From positions 2,602 through 66,601 of the forward strand of contig CAZOVH010000002.1 of the NCBI GenBank assembly GCA_964583675.1: 64,000 bases of DNA. Direction: 5' to 3'. The first letter of the stretch is position 1. Each line of letters starts with the position of its first letter. Position numbers and translations under genes: made by a program. The notes below the pieces were generated by a model. That model was not told the origin of the DNA, made no database searches, and worked only from the letters and a program-made list of their open reading frames with translations. Of the stretch, positions 46,563 through 54,948 are shown piece by piece. This stretch comes from an uncultured Candidatus Saccharibacteria bacterium. Lineage in GTDB: Bacteria; Patescibacteriota; Saccharimonadia; CAILAD01; GCA-016700035.

Positions 46563-47240
46563 TTAATATGACTCACAGCCATATCCATCTCCATCTCTAT
46601 CAAAGCGATGCTTATCGACACCGATAACAGTTACGCTGAAACCAATGTCTCCACAATCGAGATCGTATGAAACATTCGGGACACAGGGACTGTAGTTTGG
46701 ATCACAATTTCCCGCTGGTACTTGAGCTTTGGGCTGTGTCGCTGGCTGCTGGGTAACTGGGGCTGGCGGTGCTTGAGGAGTAGGAGTTGCAGCTGGCGTT
46801 ACTACAGCTGCAACCTTAGTACCCTTAGCAATACGCTTTACCGAGGGCTGCTCTACAATGACCTCACCTACTCTTTCTTTTTCTTCTTCAACTCCACCCG
46901 ATATTAGTACTCTATATGTAACTGCTTTCTTCCCTTCACGACCTTCCTGTAAAACTTTCGTTGTGCCTTCTTCTAGGTTCGAGTCATCTACTGTTTCAGT
47001 CGCATATCCAACTGTCTCGAAATCTGTATATTCCTTAAAACTATCTGGAGAAGACCCTGCGAACATACCTAGATAGAAAAGCATCATGATGGCAGACAAT
47101 ACGCTCAACGATACTTTTTGCCAAGTTGGCCGCAAAGACACGATCCATAAATACCAGAGAATAAATGGCGGGAAAAAGACGATCGCAGCTATGAACCCTG
47201 CAGGTCGTAAGTACCAAGGTCTTTTACTTTGAGCGTTCAT
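46563..47240 (-). CDS. membrane protein with G5 domain and C-terminal Excalibur calcium-binding domain
   Basis: Two N-terminal TM; G5-like LEEGTTKVLQEGREGKKAVTYRVL...VKRIAKGTK; Pro-rich linker; Excalibur motif DRDGDGYGCE. Confidence 0.55.
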   Translation of the reverse strand: MNAQSKRPWYLRPAGFIAAIVFFPPFILWYLWIVSLRPTWQKVSLSVLSAIMMLFYLGMFAGSSPDSFKEYTDFETVGYATETVDDSNLEEGTTKVLQEGREGKKAVTYRVLISGGVEEEKERVGEVIVEQPSVKRIAKGTKVAAVVTPAATPTPQAPPAPVTQQPATQPKAQVPAGNCDPNYSPCVPNVSYDLDCGDIGFSVTVIGVDKHRFDRDGDGYGCESY

Positions 47241-47953
47241 CTATCTACCTTTCCGTTACAGGTGTTTGCAGCCCAAAGCCCTCTAGTAGCATCTTTTGCC
47301 TGTTGCTCCAAGCTTATAAAATCATTTAGCTTAGCAGTAGGATATTTTCTGTACGCAAAAGCATAACCTTCCTCGACCATTACTGCATTGACTAAAGTTC
47401 CATCGGCTAGATATACATACCGCAACAAGCGACCGTATTTGTCTTTATCGCCCTGGCTCTCATCTACTACCAATACAACTGGCTTACCCTCTACGAGCTC
47501 TTTCATCTTGCGAGAAGCTTCAAACCCATAGCACTGCACTGGCTTCCGAGGATCTTTTGTCTCTGGAGTGTCGATTCCTAGCAACCTAACCTTATAGGTT
47601 ACGCCATCTGAGACCACTGTTATCGTGTCGCCATCCACAACGTTTTTGACGACCGCAGAAGAATCGGGCAGAGACTGATCAATTATCGCCTTGTCCTGCT
47701 TCTCTAAGACTTGGCTACTTGCCTCTTTCTCTAGACTAGCTATAGGTTGAGATGATATGGATTTATCATCTGGGGTTTCATATTCATCAGGGTCAGTAGT
47801 AAGAGAGCTGGCGTACAGTTGATTCATTTGAGCAACTTCTCTGGGTTGAAGCACAAAACTATACCATATGGTGTATAGTGTCATAACTAATATTAAGTGA
47901 AATACCAACATTAGCCATATTGTTGCTTTATGCTTTTTCCGACCTCGTGCCAT
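47237..47953 (-). CDS. membrane-anchored thermonuclease (staphylococcal nuclease homolog)
   Basis: N-terminal TM; SNase core VVDGDTITV...VRLLGIDTPE and downstream Arg/Glu/Tyr catalytic region. Confidence 0.75.
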   Translation of the reverse strand: MARGRKKHKATIWLMLVFHLILVMTLYTIWYSFVLQPREVAQMNQLYASSLTTDPDEYETPDDKSISSQPIASLEKEASSQVLEKQDKAIIDQSLPDSSAVVKNVVDGDTITVVSDGVTYKVRLLGIDTPETKDPRKPVQCYGFEASRKMKELVEGKPVVLVVDESQGDKDKYGRLLRYVYLADGTLVNAVMVEEGYAFAYRKYPTAKLNDFISLEQQAKDATRGLWAANTCNGKVDR

Positions 47954-48096
47954 TAATTGAATTCTACCCCTATATACTCAAATCGTATACTAAATGCGTT
48001 ATTGGTATAGCCACCCGCAGTTAAAGATACTCCTTCCGCTCCGCTTATATATAGACTGGAGGAGTAGCTATTAAGAGCTGCTGTGACGGGGGGTGT

Positions 48097-48582
48097 TCAT
48101 CTGCAGGTAGTTGTCCAGCCCCCAAACGGATTATAGGTGGAGTTACAGGTTGTGGACGGTACAGGTGATGGACTAGGCAAGGGTTGTAGTTGTAATGGAG
48201 CCGTGTAACTCGGTTGGGCTTGAGAAGTGCTGGTTGGTTTAGTGTTTGCATCATTTAGTAGCTGCCAGTAACCCTTCTTAAGGTCGGCCAGCTCCGTACC
48301 ATATTTGGCAATTAAATTATTCCTAGCATCCACTGTCTTTATTAATTGTTCGTTCTCCGCTGTCGCCTTTTCTTTTTCCGCAGTTATCTTAGATAGCTGG
48401 TCCAGTCCAGTCTTCTGGAGTCTGACAGTGTATACCGATAAACCCAACAAAGATACTAGTAATACATAAAAGCCGATCTGGTAAAATTTTGTTGTCCTGC
48501 TAGATTTTCTGGGATCCGAATTCCTTTTCAGCTCGGCAACTTCCGCCTCAAGTTTTTCAATATTTACTCGTTGGCCCTTCAT
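48097..48582 (-). CDS. hypothetical membrane protein with flanking coiled coils and Pro/Ser/Thr-rich Cys-pair tail
   Basis: Central TM FYQIGFYVLLVSLLGLSVYTV; heptad-rich segments; tail TTCNSTYNPFGGWTTTCR. Confidence 0.45.
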   Translation of the reverse strand: MKGQRVNIEKLEAEVAELKRNSDPRKSSRTTKFYQIGFYVLLVSLLGLSVYTVRLQKTGLDQLSKITAEKEKATAENEQLIKTVDARNNLIAKYGTELADLKKGYWQLLNDANTKPTSTSQAQPSYTAPLQLQPLPSPSPVPSTTCNSTYNPFGGWTTTCR

Positions 48583-48657
48583 AGCGCGTTCTCTCTAGTG
48601 CTTGATAAATGTAAATAAAAAATATTGGATATATACGACATTCGCATATGAACACTG

Positions 48658-49263
48658 CTACTCATCCAGCGACTCACTCAGCTTTTTTAACCCTTTTTTA
48701 TAGTATTTCATTTGGGTGTCTTGTGGCAGTTTTTGAATATCATCATCAGAGATATTAATTTTATTCACCTCTCGAAATCCTAGGCGAATAACGCTCATCT
48801 TCGCTAGGTCTTCATCGTTATGCGGACCGCTTTCTGTAGCAGTATTTTTCTTATCTATCAAGCCAGTCGAAGAGTTGCTAATACGACTCTTTGGCATCTT
48901 GGCTAACTGCTTGTTTTTATTGTAATACGCTACCCAACTAAGTAATGGCAATACCCAAATCGAGAAGCCACCCAAAAGAAATAAAATCATATTTGCTATT
49001 GCTGCAATGTTCTCCATCAGAGCTCGTGAATCAGCTGATTCACTACTATTTTGACCAAGTATAAAGTTGATTAGAGCATACAGTGCCACTGTAAGGCCAA
49101 ACATTATAAAAGGAGACCACAACCACCTATACATGCTGGTTACGAGCCTCTTTCTATCGGGTTGCATCTTAGAGAGTTGGCCAGCCGTGAAAGCCAGCTG
49201 AAACAATAAGAATATGTTTACGAAGAGCGCAACTATAATCATGGGGAAAGAGGAGTTTTCCAT
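48658..49263 (-). CDS. hypothetical multi-TM protein, short member of island paralog family (single C-terminal KLGF..VN..DI.K.P...KYY..GL repeat)
   Basis: N-terminal membrane domain and C-terminal repeat both align to 50565..51647. Confidence 0.5.
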   Translation of the reverse strand: MENSSFPMIIVALFVNIFLLFQLAFTAGQLSKMQPDRKRLVTSMYRWLWSPFIMFGLTVALYALINFILGQNSSESADSRALMENIAAIANMILFLLGGFSIWVLPLLSWVAYYNKNKQLAKMPKSRISNSSTGLIDKKNTATESGPHNDEDLAKMSVIRLGFREVNKINISDDDIQKLPQDTQMKYYKKGLKKLSESLDE

Positions 49264-49323
49264 GCACTGAATTATACACCACCAAGATCTAAGCGCTGAA
49301 TGCTATCTATCTACAAACAGCTT

Positions 49324-49677
49324 TCACTTGTTGATCTTTTTGCGATACTCGATTTGGTGATATAAAGCTACCAGAGTATAAAAAAACCCACCGATAAGGA
49401 AAGCGAAGCCGCCTGCCCAGAAAAATGAGATTACAATTGCAATTGCAAAAGCACTTAATCCAACCTTCAATTCCCTATTAGCTTTTTCCTTAATTAATGA
49501 AGGATTATCCGTTTCTTCTTTTTTCGTTTCATTGGTGACAATACTAATATACTCAAGGGCCTTCTCTTTTGATCCAGCCTGTTTCTTAATTGCTCTGACT
49601 ATGCTTCCTTTTGAATAAAACTGTGATTTTAAACTTTTTATTTTCTCTTCGATCTCTGGTGGCACTGATTGATTCAT
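49324..49677 (-). CDS. hypothetical protein with C-terminal double TM hairpin
   Basis: Soluble Lys/Glu-rich N-domain then GLSAFAIAIVISFFWAGGFAFLIGGFFYTLVALY. Confidence 0.4.
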   Translation of the reverse strand: MNQSVPPEIEEKIKSLKSQFYSKGSIVRAIKKQAGSKEKALEYISIVTNETKKEETDNPSLIKEKANRELKVGLSAFAIAIVISFFWAGGFAFLIGGFFYTLVALYHQIEYRKKINK

Positions 49678-49694
49678 GATGTAATCCTTACCTC

Positions 49695-50120
49695 CTATTC
49701 ACCCTTACGAAATGTAGAAAACTCACCCAGGTTTGCCAATATATCTCTATCTATCGATTCGATAAATGCACCGAACATCTTTTTATCATATCCGTAGTAT
49801 TCAGACTCTACTACCAACGTAAGGTCCTCAGGGTCACCATCATCCTTTGACTCTTCATAAAACCATTTACTATATACTGCTTGATTAACCGTATTTATTG
49901 CATTAAAAAAATCTTTACTTCCTAGCGCCTTAGGGTTGAAGCCCGACCATCTCATCGTGACAGTAAGCATATCGCCATTAAAATTTAATAGATAGGAAGC
50001 TCCACGGTCTCGCTCAGCAAAATACAATGATCCTTTATTTTTGCCTATATCTTCGGTTTCAAAACCTAAAAACTCCATGTGTTCAAGAATCTTGTCTTTG
50101 TTGCTTGCCTTATCTGTCAT
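49695..50120 (-). CDS. hypothetical cytoplasmic protein (weak YbjN-like resemblance)
   Basis: Only soluble protein in cassette; start chosen at MTDKA to avoid overlap; family call tentative. Confidence 0.35.
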   Translation of the reverse strand: MTDKASNKDKILEHMEFLGFETEDIGKNKGSLYFAERDRGASYLLNFNGDMLTVTMRWSGFNPKALGSKDFFNAINTVNQAVYSKWFYEESKDDGDPEDLTLVVESEYYGYDKKMFGAFIESIDRDILANLGEFSTFRKGE

Positions 50121-50568
50121 TACCTTGTCCTTTCTTAATCGTGTCCCAGTCACGCAATTTTTCACTTGGGCGGATAGTTTTTAGATTATCATTTTTTACA
50201 GCTTCGGAAGAGTGCTTTTTGCTGGACGCCTGAAAGTCATCTTGTCCCTCTAAATAATCTCTACGCTCGTCCCCTGCTAAATAACTTTCAATAGCCTCCG
50301 CCTTAAGCTTATTAACACTAAATATGATCATTATCCCCGCCCATAAGCTACCATACATGAACGTAGTAGAAAATGCAGAAACGACTATTAGTACAAGGCT
50401 AGACCATACAATTGGGACTATAATAACTGGCCAATTCATTTTTTTTATCTCCCCCGTTCTAAGAAGTTTCCTTCTAAGGGGCAGTGTTGCAAATATACTT
50501 CCCAATATATTTGACCATAAGAATAAACCGACGACCCAACCAATAAAACCTATTAATAGACCTGTCAC
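50110..50568 (-). CDS. hypothetical membrane protein (3-4 TM) with charged C-terminal tail
   Basis: ORF with hydrophobic N-terminal two-thirds. Confidence 0.4.
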   Translation of the reverse strand: MTGLLIGFIGWVVGLFLWSNILGSIFATLPLRRKLLRTGEIKKMNWPVIIVPIVWSSLVLIVVSAFSTTFMYGSLWAGIMIIFSVNKLKAEAIESYLAGDERRDYLEGQDDFQASSKKHSSEAVKNDNLKTIRPSEKLRDWDTIKKGQGNDR

Positions 50569-51647
50569 TTCAGCATCCTCAATCCAGCTTGATAATATTT
50601 ATCTAGTTCCTTTTCTGGCATTTTTTCGATATCTTCAGTAGCTACAGAAAAATTATTCACATGCTTAAATCCCAGTTTAATTATTTCTAGCTTTACCCGT
50701 AACTCATCTCCACTGATCTTTTCTTCATTTGTCGGGCTTAGCGCGTGTTTTCTATAGTTACTAACCCTCATGCCTTCTTCCAGGTATGATTCTAGCTCTC
50801 TCTTGGAAAGATTTTCTAATACCTCTGGAAAAACATTCTTTACATTGTGACGATGCGAATAACCGCGCCTAATTAGCATTTCCTTCTCATCCACTGTCAA
50901 GCCTGCAGCCGCTGCCCTATCCAGCTTAGCTACTCTCTTTTCAAGAGCTGAGGCATCCAATTTTTTGATTTTATGAACTGAGTGTATGGCAATTATCGTC
51001 CACACTAAAACTATCAAGGGTATAATTCCTCCCGAAACTAGAATTGTAGACATTAACAAAATCCACAGTTTCGCTAGCAAGAATTGATTATTGCTGCGAA
51101 TTGAACGTCCAAGCATTATGAAGTAGGTTCCTAGAAGCAAGATAATAATAAATGCAACTAAATAGCTCGGCAAATCACCCCCTTCAGGACCTGAAAGCAA
51201 CAATAACCCTGACGATATAATAATTATTGCAAACCCCATTTGATAACTTCCATCTCCCGCCCGAGTTATCAAACGTAAATAACGCTCCACCTTTTTTTCT
51301 TCTGGTGATAATGCCCTTATAGGCTGTTTCAAGGGCTCATTCAGTTCACGTAGTGCCTGGTAGGTTACATACCAGCTATAAAACGGCAATATAAATGCCG
51401 CTATGAAGCCCAGGAGAAACAGTATTGTGTTCAGAATTGTGCTGATGTTCGCACCCAAATCACTATCAGCATCAATGACCGCATTGGTGAAGCCATATAA
51501 TAACAAGCAAGACAAAACGATAATTATTGGAAGCCAAAGCCAGAAGTAAGCCTTTTTCAATCGTTTTCGCTGAATTGGGTTTTTCTTCTTCTGTACTAAA
51601 GACCTAAACTCTAGAACTACAAGGATTATCAGATTTATTAAAAACAT
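50565..51647 (-). CDS. hypothetical multi-TM protein, long member of island paralog family (two copies of C-terminal ~35-aa repeat)
   Basis: RKRLKKAYFWLWLPIII... aligns with 48658..49263 N-domain; repeats GYSHRHNVKNVFPEVLENLSKRELESYLEEG and GFKHVNNFSVATEDIEKMPEKELDKYYQAGL. Confidence 0.5.
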   Translation of the reverse strand: MFLINLIILVVLEFRSLVQKKKNPIQRKRLKKAYFWLWLPIIIVLSCLLLYGFTNAVIDADSDLGANISTILNTILFLLGFIAAFILPFYSWYVTYQALRELNEPLKQPIRALSPEEKKVERYLRLITRAGDGSYQMGFAIIIISSGLLLLSGPEGGDLPSYLVAFIIILLLGTYFIMLGRSIRSNNQFLLAKLWILLMSTILVSGGIIPLIVLVWTIIAIHSVHKIKKLDASALEKRVAKLDRAAAAGLTVDEKEMLIRRGYSHRHNVKNVFPEVLENLSKRELESYLEEGMRVSNYRKHALSPTNEEKISGDELRVKLEIIKLGFKHVNNFSVATEDIEKMPEKELDKYYQAGLRMLK

Positions 51648-51749
51648 TCTAGTTATTCCTACATCTAACTATATACCCAGTAAACCAAGCATACAATTAT
51701 ACTTGATATGGTGTTAAGACCAGCCTTAAGCTGATATCATTGCTTCGAG

Positions 51750-52340
51750 ATGACTCCACAGCCCAATAAACAGTATATGCCAAGCTTAAAGTACAGGAGC
51801 GATTGGCACAGGTATTTGGTCTTCAATGACCCCGAGTTTATTAATGCTTATAATTCGATTGATCAAGACGATAAGCAAAGTATGTATCAGAAATCTTGTG
51901 CATTCGAGCTGCTTGCCAGATCTTTCGCACTCACGACTTCCGATATGAACATTTTTAAATTATCTAAATCTATATACATAGAGGGTAAAACCACGGGAGC
52001 TAACTTAGAGTTTGATCCGATGTCTGGAAAGTATTCAATTGTTTTTCAGCCAGATACTCCTCTAGTCGAAATACAGGATGAGCTAAACAAATTTAAAAAC
52101 TTGAGAGACTCACTCTTCCCGATTAAGCAAACTAAGCGAAAGCCACCACACGACCCTGCACTTATATATGCCATCTTCAAAGCTCGGCAACAAAAGCTAA
52201 CTTTCAATAAAATTTTCGAGCTATATGAGAACAGCACACTGCCCTACTATGGCGGCGACAATCAAAAGTATCAGAGCCGTGAAGATCTCGAGAAGTACTA
52301 CGACAACAATAAGCCAATAAGAACTTTAAACAAATCTTAG
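51750..52340 (+). CDS. hypothetical protein (196 aa), first plus-strand gene of island replication/integration module
   Basis: Clean ORF, Lys/Tyr-rich, no family recognised. Confidence 0.4.
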   Translation: MTPQPNKQYMPSLKYRSDWHRYLVFNDPEFINAYNSIDQDDKQSMYQKSCAFELLARSFALTTSDMNIFKLSKSIYIEGKTTGANLEFDPMSGKYSIVFQPDTPLVEIQDELNKFKNLRDSLFPIKQTKRKPPHDPALIYAIFKARQQKLTFNKIFELYENSTLPYYGGDNQKYQSREDLEKYYDNNKPIRTLNKS

Positions 52341-52478
52341 ATTGGTTATACAACTAGTTTTCCACCTGCTTTAATGGCATCTGAGATGACATTGGTAGTC
52401 CCCTGAGAAATAGTCATCTCCTCGGGGGACTACCTATTAACAATAGGTATCAGACGTAGCCTAGCCACGGGGAAAGCT

Positions 52479-52688
52479 ATGAAACTTAGCGATGATAATA
52501 TCACTCAGCTTCAACACATACTGAAAAGCCAAAACGATATTGATGCAACCGACTTGGAGGCTCAGCAAATTGGCCTGGCAGTAATGCGCTTCGTGTTAGC
52601 CAAGCATCTAAATACTTTCAAGGATACCTCGGAGGAAAAGAGAGATGAAAATAACGCCGTTGAGCATCCTACAAAGCCAACATATTGA
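52479..52688 (+). CDS. hypothetical small acidic protein (69 aa) overlapping start of primase gene
   Basis: ORF only; could be regulator/excisionase-like, unverified. Confidence 0.25.
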   Translation: MKLSDDNITQLQHILKSQNDIDATDLEAQQIGLAVMRFVLAKHLNTFKDTSEEKRDENNAVEHPTKPTY

Positions 52689-54765
52689 GTACCAAGAAAT
52701 ACAAAACGAGTTAGTCATTAAATGTCAGTTTAGTGATTGCGACGATGACAGTAGGGGCAAAGAAGCTCATATGTATGTAAATAAAGATTCAGGCGCATAC
52801 TACTGTCATAAGTGCTATGCAAAGGGCGGCTTGCAAGATCTATTGGAGCACTTCGGTATAGATGCTAAATCCATTGGGAGTGATCCTAAGAATGACCTGA
52901 AACAAACCGCAATCAAATACCACCTCGGCCTGCCTCCGTATATAAAAGATTACTTAGTGAAAGATAGGCTTCTTCATGATGAAGAGATCAATGATCGATT
53001 ACTTGGTTTTATGGTAGACCAATCTGGAGTTGGCTGGATTACCATTCCTGTGTTTAGTCAGCATAACGATATATTATTCATCAAAATGAGAAAAGACCCA
53101 TCGTTGCCCAATTCCATTAGCCCCAAATATAAGTCGTCTGGTGGATCAGCAGCCATATATAATGCGCAAATCATCAATGATCAGCCAGAACGACTAGTTA
53201 TCTGTGAGGGTGAATTTGACTGCATGCTTTTGTCATCCCTTGGCGTTCCAGCGATTAGCTCAACTGCTGGCGCAGGTACCTTTAAGGATCAGTGGGTAGA
53301 CCAACTGTCATTCGTACGTGAGTTCTATGTAATTATGGATAATGATGACCCAGGAAGAAAAGGAGCTGAAGCCTTAATTCAGAAGCTACATGCAGCGCAT
53401 CCCGACGCATCGATTATGAACGTCCAGTTGCCGTCCGTTTTAGGGAAAGGTGGAGATATTACTGACTTCATCAAGCATGAACTTGGAGATATCGATGATT
53501 TACTCAGTCCAGATAGTAAGCTTGTGAGTCTCGCAGCTGGATCAAGACCGATTAACCCCTCCTCTTTTAGTGAAATGAGTCTAGATGAGCTAGTTGAGAT
53601 ATTATCCATGACTATCAAATTCGATCGAGAAAACAAACTTATAACTTTTTTCGCATGCCTATCAGCTTACACCCTCTCAGATCAGATCAATGTTAGCTAT
53701 AACGCACCAAGCTCATCGGGCAAAACATATATCGTCAACGAAGTGGCTAAACTATTTCCAGATGCCGATAAAATCGAATCAAATGGTGCAAGCCCAACTT
53801 CCTTTTTCCACGGTTCAGGCAAAATCGATGAGAAAAGAAATGCAAAAATCATTAACCTCTCTCGGAAAATCCTTATCTTCTACGAACTCCCAAACCCAAT
53901 ACTGCAATCTAAACTGCGATCCGTTTTATCCCATGACAGCTGGGAGATAAATCACCGTATTACCAATAAAGACAAAAAGGGTGCCCATCGAGTCGAACAT
54001 ATAATTCTTGAGGGCTTCCCTGCCACTATATTTTGCTCTGCCAATATGCGGCTAGACGAACAAGAAGCAACCAGAGCAATACTCTTAAGCCCTGAAGTAA
54101 GCCAGGAGAAGTTGAGCGAAGCTGTGCATCTACAAGCTCTAAAAGCCGCAAACCCCGAAAAGTACCATACAGACCTTGACTCCGATCCAAGACGGAAGTT
54201 ACTTAAAGATCGCATACTCGCGATCAAGCGTGAGCGAGTAGATCATGTAACTCTAAACCCCTCAAGTACTAGAGAAATAGAAAAACGTTTTATGGCGAGC
54301 TTCCATAGATTTAAGCCAAGACACATGAGAGATGTTGGGCATTTGATACAACTCATTAAAGCTATTACCCTACTGAATATTTGGCACAGACAAGATTCTG
54401 ATGGGAAAATTGTCGTGTCACAAATAGACATTGAACAGGGATTAAACCTTTGGATGCACTATCGAGAAAGCCAGGATCTTAATATTAGCCCTATTGCCAC
54501 CTCATTCTACAAGCAATATATATTACCAGCATATTTAGAAAAACGTGGAGACAATTATGAGTTCAGTGAAGGTGTCACACGGCAAGAAGTATGTAAATAC
54601 TATCTCAAAATTGAGCGCGCTCCATACAACGATGAGTACCTAAGAAAACAAATCCTGCCCCAGCTTGAGAATAGCGGACTAGTATCGCAAGAACAGCCGC
54701 AGAGCGGCGATAAGCGTACAAAGCACATCATTCCTAAGTGGTTCTTCCGCGATGAAGATATATAG
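52645..54765 (+). CDS. DnaG-type primase (CHC2 zinc finger + TOPRIM) fused to C-terminal P-loop NTPase domain (replication initiator of the element)
   Basis: Zinc finger CQFSDC...YYCHKCYAKGG; TOPRIM LVICEGEFD and IMDNDDPGRKG; Walker A NAPSSSGKTYIV in C-terminal half. Confidence 0.7.
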   Translation: MKITPLSILQSQHIEYQEIQNELVIKCQFSDCDDDSRGKEAHMYVNKDSGAYYCHKCYAKGGLQDLLEHFGIDAKSIGSDPKNDLKQTAIKYHLGLPPYIKDYLVKDRLLHDEEINDRLLGFMVDQSGVGWITIPVFSQHNDILFIKMRKDPSLPNSISPKYKSSGGSAAIYNAQIINDQPERLVICEGEFDCMLLSSLGVPAISSTAGAGTFKDQWVDQLSFVREFYVIMDNDDPGRKGAEALIQKLHAAHPDASIMNVQLPSVLGKGGDITDFIKHELGDIDDLLSPDSKLVSLAAGSRPINPSSFSEMSLDELVEILSMTIKFDRENKLITFFACLSAYTLSDQINVSYNAPSSSGKTYIVNEVAKLFPDADKIESNGASPTSFFHGSGKIDEKRNAKIINLSRKILIFYELPNPILQSKLRSVLSHDSWEINHRITNKDKKGAHRVEHIILEGFPATIFCSANMRLDEQEATRAILLSPEVSQEKLSEAVHLQALKAANPEKYHTDLDSDPRRKLLKDRILAIKRERVDHVTLNPSSTREIEKRFMASFHRFKPRHMRDVGHLIQLIKAITLLNIWHRQDSDGKIVVSQIDIEQGLNLWMHYRESQDLNISPIATSFYKQYILPAYLEKRGDNYEFSEGVTRQEVCKYYLKIERAPYNDEYLRKQILPQLENSGLVSQEQPQSGDKRTKHIIPKWFFRDEDI

Positions 54766-54948
54766 GAATGCATGGTGGGTACCCTTACCGAAAGATAAAT
54801 AAACGGATATAATGGCTATGTTGAAACACCCAGTAATTATGCGTGAAGTCTTTTTATTTCCGCTCGTTAAGGGCGGCTTGGTACGGAAAGTGGCTTTGTG
54901 CTACTGGATGTTTCAACAGCCGAGCCGTCCTTTTTGATTGGAGAAATT

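Noticed and set aside
54898-54948. Upstream extension (MLLDVSTAEPSFLIGEI) of the serine recombinase ORF
   Set aside because: ATG at 54949 has a GGAG Shine-Dalgarno 7 nt upstream, and the catalytic YVRKST motif begins 8 residues later. The extension overlaps the inverted-repeat structure.
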